Positions 1 to 10,257 of a DNA stretch of 64,000 bases are shown in pieces. The DNA comes from Halorutilales archaeon Cl-col2-1 (GTDB lineage: Archaea > Halobacteriota > Halobacteria > Halobacteriales > Afararchaeaceae). The notes below the pieces were generated by a model that worked only from the letters and a program-made list of their open reading frames with translations, did not search any database and was not told where the DNA came from. The stretch covers positions 896,001-960,000 of the forward strand of contig CP169074.1 of the NCBI GenBank assembly GCA_041891055.1, in the 5' to 3' direction. The position numbers and the translations under genes were made by a program. Position 1 is the stretch's first letter, and each line of letters begins with the position of its first letter.

Positions 1-832
1 GTTCGTACCACTGTTCGAGCCTAAGTCTGAGACGTGAGACGTGCTGTGTCGTACCTCCCGCGAACCTACCTTCATCTATAGTTACCCTGTCCTCTGTCGC
101 CTGGTTCTTCGAGTAGCCAGACTTGAATCCCATGTACATAGGCGCGTCTTCGTCGACTGGCTCCGAGTCAGGTATACCGTCGACGTCCTGGTTCTCGGCG
201 GGAAGTCCCTCACCCACGAAGCCCGTGCGTCTCTCGTTTCTCTCGAAGACACCGTCGAGCCGAGAGATCTTGACTCCGTTCGCCTCGTCGACCTCTCCCA
301 GAAGAGCCTCCTCGGCGGTGAGGACGGCAGTCGCGTGGTCGCTAGCGAGATGTAGGACGGCGTCGTGCTTGTCGGGCTCGGGGCTCTCGAAGTCGGCGAG
401 AGGCTCGGGCTTCGGAAGTTCTATCGGTGTATCGGCGTCGAATCTCTCGAAGTAGTAGGGCGAGTAGCCGACTGTGAAGAGGAGACCGTCGCTCCCCCAC
501 GCGAAGGCTTCTTCGAGGTCGCTGAGGGACTCTTCGACCGAGTCGCGGTCTTCTTCCGACGGGACGTCTCCGGAGTAGTCGAGGAAGACGAGAACGTGGT
601 GGCGGGGGTTCAGTGGGTTTCCGTGGTCGTCGCGTCTGAGGTAGTCGTTCCACGCGTGCTGTCTCTCGGGGAGATTAGACGTTCCACCGCGTGGTATACT
701 GTCGTCGGAACGTCCCATACACGCCGCGAGCGCCGAGGCTCCTCCTATCGCGACCGCCGACTTGAGGAACTCACGTCGGCTTATGCCCCTCACGTTGTCT
801 CGACTTTGGCTACGACTACCGCTCCGATCCAT
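1..832 (-). CDS. Tat-exported lipoprotein, probable Dyp-type heme peroxidase-like haloarchaeal family (runs off the window edge; not in ORF track)
   Basis: Manual translation from ATG at 832: MDRSGSRSQSRDNVRGISRREFLKSAVAIGGASALAACMGR...RQHAWNDYL...RRTGFVGEGLP...MYMGFKSG...; SRREFLK Tat motif and LAAC lipobox; no stop before position 1. Confidence 0.75.
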   Translation of the reverse strand, partial: MDRSGSRSQSRDNVRGISRREFLKSAVAIGGASALAACMGRSDDSIPRGGTSNLPERQHAWNDYLRRDDHGNPLNPRHHVLVFLDYSGDVPSEEDRDSVEESLSDLEEAFAWGSDGLLFTVGYSPYYFERFDADTPIELPKPEPLADFESPEPDKHDAVLHLASDHATAVLTAEEALLGEVDEANGVKISRLDGVFERNERRTGFVGEGLPAENQDVDGIPDSEPVDEDAPMYMGFKSGYSKNQATEDRVTIDEGRFAGGTTQHVSRLRLRLEQWYE

Positions 833-896
833 GTTCTGTTCTATACTCTGTGTAACCCTCTCAGAATAAACTGCGTTCTGGTACGTGAGTCTAAAA

Positions 897-1421
897 CTAG
901 AGCTGGTCGAAGAGACGTATGAAACGGTCGATGAGCTTGTCGGGGAGAGACGGAGAGACTATTTCGAGTAGGTCACGTGTCTTCTCGGGCTGTGTGAGGA
1001 CGACGTTGACCCTTCCTCCCATGTCGCGCTCCTTCTCGACTATCTCCTGTTCGATGAGATGGTCGAGATGCCACTCAAGCGTGCTCCTCGCTATGCCTAG
1101 CTCGTCAGTCATCTCCGACGGCTTCGCACCGTTCTCGTCTATGAGATGTAGGAGTATCTCGCGCGAGGTCTCACGACGGAAGAGTGCTAGTGCGTTTCTC
1201 TCCCAGTCGTCGTATGTCTCGGGGTAGTAATGCGTGTGTCCGTAAAGACTCTGTTCGACTATGTCCTTGCCCTCTTCGAGACGCCTGAGATGGTACTGAA
1301 CCTGTCCCGGAGCGAGGTCGAGAGACCGGACTATCTGGTTGAAGTAGACTCCCGGGTTACTCCTTATGTAGTCCTCTATCGTGCTACGCGTCTCGCTCAT
1401 TGTTCTATATTCCTCACCCAC
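897..1421 (-). CDS. Winged helix-turn-helix transcriptional regulator (two HTH units)
   Basis: NPGVYFNQIVRSLDLAPGQVQYHLRRL and ARSTLEWHLDHL motifs. Confidence 0.85.
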   Translation of the reverse strand: MGEEYRTMSETRSTIEDYIRSNPGVYFNQIVRSLDLAPGQVQYHLRRLEEGKDIVEQSLYGHTHYYPETYDDWERNALALFRRETSREILLHLIDENGAKPSEMTDELGIARSTLEWHLDHLIEQEIVEKERDMGGRVNVVLTQPEKTRDLLEIVSPSLPDKLIDRFIRLFDQL

Positions 1422-1953
1422 CGTCTAAAACGTCACGGATCTTGCGTGATAGCTTCTCCTCGCCGACGACTCCGGCGTGGCTCCACGCTACCTCGCCGTC
1501 GGTGTCGACTATCACGAGATACGGCATTCCCGTCGCACTCACGGATCTCGTGAGCTTTCCGTCGTCGTCGAATCCGACTGTCCAGTCTCCGCCGTTCTGG
1601 TTCCACCAGTCACGTATGTCGTCCCTCGTGACCGAGAGATCCTCGCCGACTAGCTGGTTTGTGACAGAGACGAAGACGGCTTCGTCCCCAAGACGTAACT
1701 CGACGGCTCCGAGCGAGTCCATCTGGTCGACACACGGAGCACACGTCGTAGAGAATATGTCTATTACAGTGACCTCGCCGTCGACGGGGACAGTCAGAGA
1801 GCCGGGCTGGCTTCCGCTCGCGTCGAGTGTGTCTACTTCGACCTGACTTAAACCCTGATCGGCGAAGGGACGCGTCAGACTCACCCACGCTCCTAAGGCT
1901 GTGAGACCCGTTCCGCCCAAGGCAGCGATAAGCTCACGTCGAGACAGGTTCAT
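1414..1953 (-). CDS. TlpA/ResA-like thiol-disulfide oxidoreductase, Tat signal
   Basis: SRRELI signal; CAPC motif; GMPYLVIVD cis-Pro loop. Confidence 0.85.
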   Translation of the reverse strand: MNLSRRELIAALGGTGLTALGAWVSLTRPFADQGLSQVEVDTLDASGSQPGSLTVPVDGEVTVIDIFSTTCAPCVDQMDSLGAVELRLGDEAVFVSVTNQLVGEDLSVTRDDIRDWWNQNGGDWTVGFDDDGKLTRSVSATGMPYLVIVDTDGEVAWSHAGVVGEEKLSRKIRDVLDGG

Positions 1954-1964
1954 AATATCTCACT

Positions 1965-2660
1965 CTACTCTTGCTCTTGGTGTGCCTCGCGCACCTCGGC
2001 GAGTGCATCACGTACCTCCTGCCACGAGGGCCCCGATGTCGTCGTCATAGTCCATGCCCTCTCGACGTAGCCTTCGGGATTCGCGAGTACTATGAGTCCG
2101 AGATGGGTGAAATGGTACTCAGTTCCTACTGCGGACTCCTTTCTGAACTGTATGCCGTACTTCTCGGCGACCACTTCCTTCGCCCTGTCCTCCGACTCAG
2201 GCCTAAGGTAATGCCAGTTTCCGGCGTCGAGATTTACGTTCATCCGGTCGGAGTACTCACGTAGCCTGTCGGCTGTGTCACGCGCGGGATCGAAGGTTAT
2301 AGGGAGAAAGACAACTTCGTCGGTGTAATCGTTCTTGATCGAGTCTGCCTGTACGTTGCTGAGTGTCGATATGAGACGTGGACAGACCGTGTTACAGTTC
2401 GAGTAGAAGAAGGTCATAAGGACATTGTTGTCGACCTGAGTCGTCGTGTACTCGTCGCCGGTTATGGGGTCGGTAAGAGTCGCCTCAGGCAGCTTCTGTC
2501 CGTAGGCTGGATATGACAGAGCCTCGCTCTTCGCCCTCTGACTCTCGCGTTTGTCGAGATACGTCTGACCGCCCGACGATCCCCCCATCACACTAGTACA
2601 GCCTGCGGTCGAGGCTACCGCTGTTGTCCCGAGAAGCTTGAGAAGGTTACGCCTCTTCAT
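1965..2660 (-). CDS. SCO1/SenC copper chaperone lipoprotein
   Basis: MKRRNLL...TAGC signal; CNTVCP (CxxxC) motif, ITFDPARD and conserved His; start moved to ATG at 2660. Confidence 0.9.
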   Translation of the reverse strand: MKRRNLLKLLGTTAVASTAGCTSVMGGSSGGQTYLDKRESQRAKSEALSYPAYGQKLPEATLTDPITGDEYTTTQVDNNVLMTFFYSNCNTVCPRLISTLSNVQADSIKNDYTDEVVFLPITFDPARDTADRLREYSDRMNVNLDAGNWHYLRPESEDRAKEVVAEKYGIQFRKESAVGTEYHFTHLGLIVLANPEGYVERAWTMTTTSGPSWQEVRDALAEVREAHQEQE

Positions 2661-2718
2661 TACTGGGGGATAGTGGAAAGGCGAGTATAACTCGTTTGGT
2701 ATGTGACTAGAAACCGGT

Positions 2719-3933
2719 CTAAGTGAAGCTGTCGAGCCCCTCGTCGTGTGTCTCTGCGTTCTCCTCACGTGGTGACTCGTTACCGTCGACAGTCACTGTG
2801 CTGTTCCAGTTGACGCTTCCCTCGACGCCGTCGTTCCAGCCTTCCTTGACATAGACCGACGTGAGACTTATCTCGTCGCCCGGGCGGAGTTGGATGTCGG
2901 CTTTTTCGCCCCAGAGAGCGACGCGCATCTCTCCAGACGGGTCGCTCACACGTATGTTTCTGACACTGCCCTCGCTGCCGTCGTCCCTTGTGAAGGTTCT
3001 CGTCTCCTCGACGTCTGTGACGACGCCGTCTATGTCGTAGGTCTCATCTATCTCGACGTCTTCTATGGGTGTCGAGTCGGGGACGAACTCGACCTCGTCG
3101 TCTGTCTTGTCTACAGTACCCCTGTCACCGACGTGGAGTTCGAGGTCGCCGTCATCGATCCTCGTGTAGCCGCCCTTGACTCTCACGACGTCGCCCTCGG
3201 TCAGCCGTTTGACGTCGTCGGCTCTTCCGTCCCAGAGAGTGAGACGTATCCAGTCGGTGTCGTCTCCTACGACGAGGTTCGAGACACGTCCCTCTTCTCC
3301 CTCATCGCGGTCGAAGGTTCTGACATCAGAGGTCTCTATCACCTCGGCGACTATCTCGACCTCCGACATGCCCTCAGTCAGATCTCCGACAGACGTCGCA
3401 GTGTCGATAACGTCGACGTCGGTCTCGTCGTCGGGTTCGACCTCTGTCGCGCTGACCTCGACACCGCCTCGGTATCCCTCCCTCGGCGAGCCGCCTATCT
3501 TGAGTACGTCTCCGACAGAGAGCTCGTCTATCGAGTCGGCGTACTCGTCCCAGAGTGCGACACGTACACGTCCGGTCTCGTCTCCGACCTCTATGTTGGC
3601 GACCTTTCCGTCGTCTCCGTCGTCCCTCTCGAAGCTACGTACATCGCCTATGTCGACGACCTTCGCGGTGAACTTGACCTCACTCATCTCGGTGGTTATG
3701 TCGTCGACCGAGTCGGTTATGCTGTCGTTCATCTCGTGGGCGACTAACTTCGCCGCGGTCGGAACGTCACAGAGCCCCCCCATCTGTTCGACCTTCTTCT
3801 CGACGAAGCCCTCGAACTCGTCCCTCGAAACGTCGGCGTCGACGTCAAGGTTCGAGTAAGTCTCCTCGACCGCCTCCAGTTCGTCGTCCGAAAAAGAGTG
3901 TCCCTCAGTGTCGTCAGTCGAACCCGAAGCCAT
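2719..3933 (-). CDS. rpa: Single-stranded DNA-binding replication protein A (three OB folds)
   Basis: Three repeats of the type DVRTFERDDG..G.V.N..VGD.TG.VRV.LW. Confidence 0.9.
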   Translation of the reverse strand: MASGSTDDTEGHSFSDDELEAVEETYSNLDVDADVSRDEFEGFVEKKVEQMGGLCDVPTAAKLVAHEMNDSITDSVDDITTEMSEVKFTAKVVDIGDVRSFERDDGDDGKVANIEVGDETGRVRVALWDEYADSIDELSVGDVLKIGGSPREGYRGGVEVSATEVEPDDETDVDVIDTATSVGDLTEGMSEVEIVAEVIETSDVRTFDRDEGEEGRVSNLVVGDDTDWIRLTLWDGRADDVKRLTEGDVVRVKGGYTRIDDGDLELHVGDRGTVDKTDDEVEFVPDSTPIEDVEIDETYDIDGVVTDVEETRTFTRDDGSEGSVRNIRVSDPSGEMRVALWGEKADIQLRPGDEISLTSVYVKEGWNDGVEGSVNWNSTVTVDGNESPREENAETHDEGLDSFT

Positions 3934-3974
3934 GAAAGACGAATAAGAAACGCGGTGTCTTATGTCTGTCTATA

Positions 3975-4955
3975 CTACACTCCGGCTCCGATAGCCTCCG
4001 CCTGTTCGTGGTAACGGTTACGTATAGTGACCTCTGTCACACTTGCCGCCTCGGCGACCTCCTTCTGTGTCCTCTTCTCGTTGCACAGAATAGAAGCGAG
4101 ATATATCGCGGCGGCGGCGTATCCTGTCGGCGACTTACCGCTGAGAAGACCCTGTTCGGCTGTGTCGTGTATTATGTCGCTCGCCTTCTGCTGTACCTCC
4201 TCGCTGAGGTCGAGGTCAGAAGCGAACCTCGGTACGAACTCGGCGGGGTCAGTCGGACCTATTTCGAGGTTGAGCTGACGTGCGACGTACCTGTAGGTTC
4301 TCGCTACCTCCTGTTTCTCGACACGTGAGACCTCGGCGATCTCGTCGAGCGAACGCGGTATGTTCTCCTGTCTGCACGCCGCGTAGAGCACTGAAGCCGC
4401 GACGCCCTCTATCGAACGTCCCGGGAGCAAGTTCTCGTCGAGTGCGCGTCTGTATATCATCGAGGCGACCTCACGCGTGCTCTCGGGTATGTTGAGCGAC
4501 GACGACATACGGTCTATCTCCCCGAGAGCGAACTGTAAGTTACGCTCCTTAGAGCCGCTCGTCCTTATGCGGTTCTGCCACTTGCGGAGCCTCTTCATCT
4601 GAGCGCGCCTGTCAGCGGAGAGCGACTGACCGAAGGCGTCCTTGTCCCTCCAGTCGATGTTGGTCGTGAGTCCCTTGTCGTGCATCCGCTGTGTCATGGG
4701 AGCTCCGACACGTGACTTCTCGTCACGCTCCTTCGAGTCGAATGCGCGCCACTCGGGACCTCTGTCGACCTGCTCGTCCTCGACGACGAGACCACAGTCC
4801 TGACAGACAGTCTCGCCCCTCTCAGAGTCCTCCACGAGGTTGTCGGAGCCACACTCGGGACATTCATGTACCGTCTCCTCTTCCGTCTCCTCCTCTTTCT
4901 CCGACTCAGAGCCCTGGTACTCTCTAACGGATTCTGATGACCTGAGATTAACCAT
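3975..4955 (-). CDS. tfb: Transcription initiation factor IIB
   Basis: CPECG...CQDCG Zn ribbon, DRGPEWRAF, cyclin repeats, [10 protein letters not shown]. Confidence 0.97.
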   Translation of the reverse strand: MVNLRSSESVREYQGSESEKEEETEEETVHECPECGSDNLVEDSERGETVCQDCGLVVEDEQVDRGPEWRAFDSKERDEKSRVGAPMTQRMHDKGLTTNIDWRDKDAFGQSLSADRRAQMKRLRKWQNRIRTSGSKERNLQFALGEIDRMSSSLNIPESTREVASMIYRRALDENLLPGRSIEGVAASVLYAACRQENIPRSLDEIAEVSRVEKQEVARTYRYVARQLNLEIGPTDPAEFVPRFASDLDLSEEVQQKASDIIHDTAEQGLLSGKSPTGYAAAAIYLASILCNEKRTQKEVAEAASVTEVTIRNRYHEQAEAIGAGV

Positions 4956-5075
4956 TATACTTATAATAACGTATCCCAAACATTTAAAGACTTCCCCGAA
5001 TTATATAGGCAAGTCGTAGACACGTAGTCGGAGACATGGAAAGCTATTAAGTCGCTCTCTCCGAGTATAGAAGGT

Positions 5076-5495
5076 ATGAAGTTCGCAGTCGCGGTCGACG
5101 GATCGGATCAGAGTGACAACGCCGTGAGTTACGCCATGAACATAGCCGAGTGTCTGGGTGCTTCGGTGACTCTCCTCCACTCGTCGGTTCCCGAGATATA
5201 CTCCGAGGGAGGAGACATGCTCATAGAGGACATGTCGGAAGCTGAGACGAGGGGCGAGACGGTACTCGCCGACGCGAGGGAGACAGCGGAGAGCCAGAAC
5301 TCGGAGATAGAGATAAGTGCTGAGCTGTTATACGGAGACCCCGCCGACGAGATAGTCAGGTACGCCGAGGACGAGGAGTTCGACGCGATCTACGTCGGAC
5401 ACAGGGGAATGTCACAGAAACAGGAGGATCTCATGGGAAGTGTCGCGCAGGAAATCGTAAGAAGGGCGTCGATGCCCGTGACTGTGGTAAGATGA
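5076..5495 (+). CDS. Universal stress protein
   Basis: VAVDGS...GDPADEIV...GHRG...MGSVAQ...PVTVVR. Confidence 0.93.
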   Translation: MKFAVAVDGSDQSDNAVSYAMNIAECLGASVTLLHSSVPEIYSEGGDMLIEDMSEAETRGETVLADARETAESQNSEIEISAELLYGDPADEIVRYAEDEEFDAIYVGHRGMSQKQEDLMGSVAQEIVRRASMPVTVVR

Positions 5496-5950
5496 CGGAC
5501 ACGGTCGAACTCCCTTTCGCACCCGTCGACAGCCTGATACGTGAAGCCGATCCCGAGATACGCGTGAGTGCAGACGCTTCGGAGAGGCTCGCCGAGGTTA
5601 TACAACGGAAGGGCGCGGAGGTCGCCGCCGAAGCCGCCGAGAAAGCCACCGACGACGGACGTAAGACGGTGATGGCGGACGACTTCGGCTTCAACTCCGA
5701 CCCCGGCCCCGATGAGGTCTCAAAGGACGATCTCTGTCTTCCGATCGCTCCCGTTGACAGGATAGCACGTCTCGACATACACAACTACAGGATAAGCGAG
5801 GAGGCGCGTCTCGTACTCGCCGACTACTTAGAGGACTGGGCGAAGGATATAGCGGCGTCGGCGGCGGATCTCGCACGCCACGCCGAGAGGAGAACAGTTC
5901 AGTCGGAGGACATAGACGCCTATCTCGAAATCTGTGGCGACGGCTCGTGA
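5492..5950 (+). CDS. hstA: Haloarchaeal doublet (tandem histone-fold) histone
   Basis: Two histone folds: ELPFAPVD..IR...RKTVMADD and LPIAPVDRIAR...RRTVQSED. Confidence 0.9.
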   Translation: MTDTVELPFAPVDSLIREADPEIRVSADASERLAEVIQRKGAEVAAEAAEKATDDGRKTVMADDFGFNSDPGPDEVSKDDLCLPIAPVDRIARLDIHNYRISEEARLVLADYLEDWAKDIAASAADLARHAERRTVQSEDIDAYLEICGDGS

Positions 5951-6019
5951 GACCGAAAACAACTCTTTTAAATATACGACGAACAAAGGGAGTAAGTAAG
6001 ACCGAATTCAAGTGATACT

Positions 6020-6589
6020 ATGGCAAAATCGTTCTACTCACACGTTCAGGAAGCCTGGAAGAACACCGATGAAGGTGACATCTCAGAGCTTCAGTGGAGA
6101 CGTATGCAGAGATGGAGGAAGCAAGGCGCAATTGAGAGGGTCGAGAGACCAACGCGTATAGACAGGGCGAGGTCTCTCGGATACAAGGCGAAGCAGGGTG
6201 TAGTCGTCTCACGTACGAGAGTCCGTAAGGGAACAGCGAGGAAGCAGCGTTTCAAGGCAGGAAGAAGGTCGAAGAGGACGGGTGTAACGAGAGTCACTCC
6301 GACGAAGAACACACAGAGGATAGCCGAGGAGAGAACTGCGCGCAGGTTCACAAACCTAGAGATCGTCAACTCGTACTGGGTCGGCGACGACGGAGACCAA
6401 GAGTGGTTCGAGGTCATACTCTACGACCCCGACCATCCCGCAGTTCAGAACGACCCCGACCTCAACTGGGTATGTGACGAGAGCCAGACGGGACGTGTCT
6501 TCCGCGGAAAGACGAGCGCGGGACAGTCAAACCGTGGTCTCGAGACACGCGGAAAGGGAGCCGAGAGGCTCCGACCCAGCAGAAGTTAA
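6020..6589 (+). CDS. rpl15e: 50S ribosomal protein L15e
   Basis: RPTRIDRARSLGYKAKQG, NSYWVG, GRVFRGKTSAG. Confidence 0.97.
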   Translation: MAKSFYSHVQEAWKNTDEGDISELQWRRMQRWRKQGAIERVERPTRIDRARSLGYKAKQGVVVSRTRVRKGTARKQRFKAGRRSKRTGVTRVTPTKNTQRIAEERTARRFTNLEIVNSYWVGDDGDQEWFEVILYDPDHPAVQNDPDLNWVCDESQTGRVFRGKTSAGQSNRGLETRGKGAERLRPSRS

Positions 6590-6598
6590 AATTTAATT

Positions 6599-7567
6599 TT
6601 AGTCGTCTCTCTCGTCTTCTTCTCTCAGACTCCTTATCTGCCTCATCTCCTCCCTGTGGAGGTCGACGACTATGTCGCTCAGGGAGCCGAAGATGAATAG
6701 CTGAACCCCCGCGAGGACGAGGAGTGCGGTGAGAACAGCGAGGAGGTTGTGGCTGATCCCGTTGACGTACCTGTCGTAGACTACGTAGAGACCCGAGACG
6801 AAGCCCGCTAAGAAGAGGAGTCCTCCTATGCTCCCGAAGTAAAAGAGTGGGTTGTTGGTCTTGGTCATACGGTAGATAGTGTAGCCTATCCTCGCGCCGT
6901 CCTTGATGGGATGTAGCTTGGTGTCTGCGGTCTCAGGACGTGACCTGTAAGAGACGGGAACGCTCACGACGTCGAGGTCGTGTTTGAGAGTCTCGACAGT
7001 CATCTCCGTCTCTATGCCGAATCCCTTCTCCTCTAAGTAGAGATCCTCAGCCGACCTTCTCGTGAAGGCACGGTAGCCGGTGAGTATGTCGCTGAGGTCT
7101 CTGCGGTGTGCGAGACTGAAGACACGGTTGAAGACCCTGTTTCCGACGTAGTTGAGACGCGTGAAGGCTCCCTCGTCGGGGTCTGAGAGGCGGTTTCCGA
7201 GTACGTGGTCGTAGCCTCTTTCGAGGGGTTCGAGGAGGAGTTCAACGTCTTCGGGGTCGTATGTCCCGTCTCCGTCTACCATCACGACGTAGGGCTCGTC
7301 TATGAGGTTTATCGCCTCCTGTACCGCCTGTCCCTTTCCGCTCCCCGACTGGACGACAACACGTGCGCCCTTCTCGCGGGCTATCTCACGCGTCTCGTCG
7401 TCGCTCCCGCCGTCGATAACGAGTATGTTGTTGAATCCTAATCCCGAGAACCCCTCGATGACCTCTCCTATGGCTCCCTCCTCGTTGAGTGTGGGTATGA
7501 GTACACAGACTTCGTCCTTTGAGACGTCTCTCACCTTCGTGTCGCCGAGGCTCTCGGGGTCTTTCAT
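6599..7567 (-). CDS. aglJ: GT2 glycosyltransferase AglJ (S-layer N-glycosylation)
   Basis: VLIPTLNEE, DGGSDD, SGKGQAV, DGDGTY, NPLFYFG, two C-terminal TM helices. Confidence 0.88.
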   Translation of the reverse strand: MKDPESLGDTKVRDVSKDEVCVLIPTLNEEGAIGEVIEGFSGLGFNNILVIDGGSDDETREIAREKGARVVVQSGSGKGQAVQEAINLIDEPYVVMVDGDGTYDPEDVELLLEPLERGYDHVLGNRLSDPDEGAFTRLNYVGNRVFNRVFSLAHRRDLSDILTGYRAFTRRSAEDLYLEEKGFGIETEMTVETLKHDLDVVSVPVSYRSRPETADTKLHPIKDGARIGYTIYRMTKTNNPLFYFGSIGGLLFLAGFVSGLYVVYDRYVNGISHNLLAVLTALLVLAGVQLFIFGSLSDIVVDLHREEMRQIRSLREEDERDD

Positions 7568-7622
7568 CTTATCAGTTGGGTTAGGAATGTGTGACTGACT
7601 CTAAAAGGCTGTCGTTGTACAC

Positions 7623-7721
7623 TGTCAAGTTTAGAGATGGTGTTGTGAAGAGCAGCATAGGATTTCAGCCAGTTAGAGATTGATTGGAGCTATTGGTTGG
7701 GAAGTGATCCCAGAACCGAGT
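7623..7721 (-). repeat. 99-bp direct repeat copy 1: isolated IS6-family 3' end (transposase C-terminus plus inverted repeat)
   Basis: Matches 10264-10362 with 3 mismatches; minus strand encodes ...WLKSYAALHN-like IS6 C-terminus and ends AACTTGACAGTG. Confidence 0.8.
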
Positions 7722-7798
7722 CAAAGCCAGGCAGTCTGTCAACAACAACACATTCCTTCGGTGAATTAGTAAATGAGTACAAGATATGGTGGTTATTC

Positions 7799-8545
7799 TT
7801 GACTAACGAAGAAGACAAGTCTACACTTAACTCTCTCATCGACCCAAAAGCTGCGGTCTCTTCAGAGGTAGAGGGAGCTGAGTCAGTATTAAGGATAGTC
7901 TCGGACAGGTACTGGGAGTCACTCGAGGATATAGCTGAAGAAGTTTCATATCTCTCCCACGAGGAAAGATTTAGGGAGTCTATCGAGTACATCGAAGAGA
8001 CCGAGCTGGATCTATCTCCCGAGAGCCTTCTCACAGACCATCGAGACCGTCTCAGAAAGACAGCTGAAGTTGTGGCATCTCGGGCGGAGACTACCCAGCG
8101 CGAGGTTCTTGACGGCATACTCTTCAAAGAAGAGGCTACAGAAAACGTCTTGATGACTGTTCTATTACACGAGATCCAGGAAGTCTCGGATCTTATATCC
8201 AAGGACATCTCACGTCAAAATGAAAAACAGGTGGTTTCGGTTCTTGTTTCCCTCCTCTCGCGGATTCATCTAATCGTGAACGACAGAGCTGAGACTGAGA
8301 ACGAGGAAACGATACTCGACATAGCCCTTGGAAAATATTATCTAAGCGAGCTATCAGGCAGACCTCAGCCTAAAAAACCATCTGAACTCAGCATAAAGAA
8401 GGTACGGAAAGGTATCCTAGTCTACGGAGCCGTCTTGGCATATCAGAACTCCGATATTTCTGTCGCTAGGGGAGCTGAGTTAGCCCATGTCGACAAGGCT
8501 GAGTTCGAGAAAATACTCTCTCAATATAGTGCTAAACAAGAGTAG
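7799..8545 (+). CDS. Hypothetical protein with C-terminal UPF0175-like HTH (start uncertain)
   Basis: Long ORF in AT-richer DNA; C-terminus YQNSDISVARGAELAHVDKAEF; TTG start after GGTGG chosen. Confidence 0.6.
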   Translation: MTNEEDKSTLNSLIDPKAAVSSEVEGAESVLRIVSDRYWESLEDIAEEVSYLSHEERFRESIEYIEETELDLSPESLLTDHRDRLRKTAEVVASRAETTQREVLDGILFKEEATENVLMTVLLHEIQEVSDLISKDISRQNEKQVVSVLVSLLSRIHLIVNDRAETENEETILDIALGKYYLSELSGRPQPKKPSELSIKKVRKGILVYGAVLAYQNSDISVARGAELAHVDKAEFEKILSQYSAKQE

Positions 8546-8571
8546 GCTGTTCAGCCTCAGAGAGTAAGAGT

Positions 8572-10206
8572 TCAGTTATCTTCACCCAAGAACTCAGCCG
8601 TGTATGTCTTGCCTCTGTATTTAGTGCCATTCGATGACCAACCTGTATCGCCGCCTTGGAGTCGGACAAGCTCAAGATTGAGTGCATTTACCTCAATCAC
8701 AACTCCTTCGACTCCGTCCTCGAAGAAGGGCACCGAGTACCTCAGATACCTGTGGTTTCCGTTGTATATCTGTTCGTCTATGACACGTCTACGTCTGTTC
8801 CCTGCTGTCTCCTCCGACCTCTCGACACGTACACGGGAGACAGGCACGTCTTCCGAGTCTATTGTATTAACCACTACTGTGTCGTCTTTTCTCTCGACTT
8901 CGACGTCGTCGGGCTTTTCTATGGTTAGCTCGGGAGCCTCGATATCGAGAAGCGCGGCGTGTCTTTCTCCTCCGAATTCTACGGCGTAGGCATACCTTCC
9001 ACCGCTGAGATAGTCGGCGGTTATCACCTCAGCGTCTGAACTCTGACACTCACATCCAGTTTCTTTTCCGTGGAAGAGATGGAGAGAGTATCTTTTTGTT
9101 CCACCTGGAGGTAGTATATCTGGCTCAGCACGTAGAGACTCTGAGAGTCTATCTCGATACGTCTCCCATATACGGAACCACTTGCCGTCGACGAGCTTAT
9201 ACAGAGCCGTGCCGTCGTCTGTTAACTCCTTGAGACCCCGGTTTATGAACTCGAACTCTATGTCGGCGGGAAGATCCGTCTTTTCCATCGACGGACGTAG
9301 GTATGTCTGTGTCTCGGAGTCAGCCTCGTGGAACCAGAGTGTCTCTGTCTCTGTCTCTGTCTCTGTCTTTTCGTTGTCTTCGTCGTCTTGGTCTCGGTTA
9401 GGAGTCTGTGGCAGGTCAGGCACGTCGACGTTCTCGAAGACGGATTCTTGGTCAGGACCTGGTGAGTGGGTTTCCCAGAGAGCAAGCGAGAGAGTTTCGC
9501 CGTCTCCCTGTGTACTGTAGGTACCTGTCGGTCTCCCCGAACTTTCGTGATGTCCCACGACGGCGTACTCGCCTACGAAGCCTCTTCCGGATTCGAGTCT
9601 GAAGGCTTCGGGAAGCCAGTCTCTTACCTCGCTCACACGCCACGTTCCCTCCTGAGCGTAGGTGTAGGGCTCGTCCTCGTAGTTAACCAGAGGATGGCTC
9701 GGTGTCGGTACGAGGTAGAGAAGGTCGCCATTCTCGTTGTAGAGTATCGGCTTGGTATCATAAGGTGGAGCCTCGGAGATCTTGTAGACGTACTCGAAGT
9801 CATTTCTGTTTACGACGGATATCTCTATCTTCGCAGGAGATTCCTGAGTTGCGGTCTCTGTGATACCGATACCGGCTGACACCGTTCCAAATACCGGATG
9901 CATCGAAGGTTTACTAAGCCCGACACGGTCGACGACCTGTGGTTGCGCCGAGAGTGTCAGAGGGAGAGTCTCGTAGTCGACGACCTGAGACACCTCTTCA
10001 AACCTGGCGTCGATCTCGTCTGCCGACAGAGTAGAATCGGGACGGGGTACCTGAGACTCCGTTTCAGCCCCACTATTTCCGTTTCCCGCAGAGGAATTAT
10101 TTATATCGCCTACTGACCCTTGCTGGCTTTGACCGAGACAGCCTGCGACCAAGACAGTCCCCGAAAGTCCCATATTTCTGAGAAATTCACGACGCTTTGA
10201 ATCCAT
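8572..10206 (-). CDS. Hypothetical Tat lipoprotein with internal domain duplication
   Basis: KRREFL...VAGC signal; 544 aa, acidic. Confidence 0.8.
   Translation of the reverse strand: MDSKRREFLRNMGLSGTVLVAGCLGQSQQGSVGDINNSSAGNGNSGAETESQVPRPDSTLSADEIDARFEEVSQVVDYETLPLTLSAQPQVVDRVGLSKPSMHPVFGTVSAGIGITETATQESPAKIEISVVNRNDFEYVYKISEAPPYDTKPILYNENGDLLYLVPTPSHPLVNYEDEPYTYAQEGTWRVSEVRDWLPEAFRLESGRGFVGEYAVVGHHESSGRPTGTYSTQGDGETLSLALWETHSPGPDQESVFENVDVPDLPQTPNRDQDDEDNEKTETETETETLWFHEADSETQTYLRPSMEKTDLPADIEFEFINRGLKELTDDGTALYKLVDGKWFRIWETYRDRLSESLRAEPDILPPGGTKRYSLHLFHGKETGCECQSSDAEVITADYLSGGRYAYAVEFGGERHAALLDIEAPELTIEKPDDVEVERKDDTVVVNTIDSEDVPVSRVRVERSEETAGNRRRRVIDEQIYNGNHRYLRYSVPFFEDGVEGVVIEVNALNLELVRLQGGDTGWSSNGTKYRGKTYTAEFLGEDN
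9339..9368. repeat. (TGTCTC)n hexamer microsatellite encoding a TE repeat
   Basis: gtgtctctgtctctgtctctgtctctgtct gives KTETETETETL. Confidence 0.8.
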
Positions 10207-10257
10207 GCCGGGACTAACAAGATTGTATTATCATTTAGTTCTGGTGGATAACTGATG

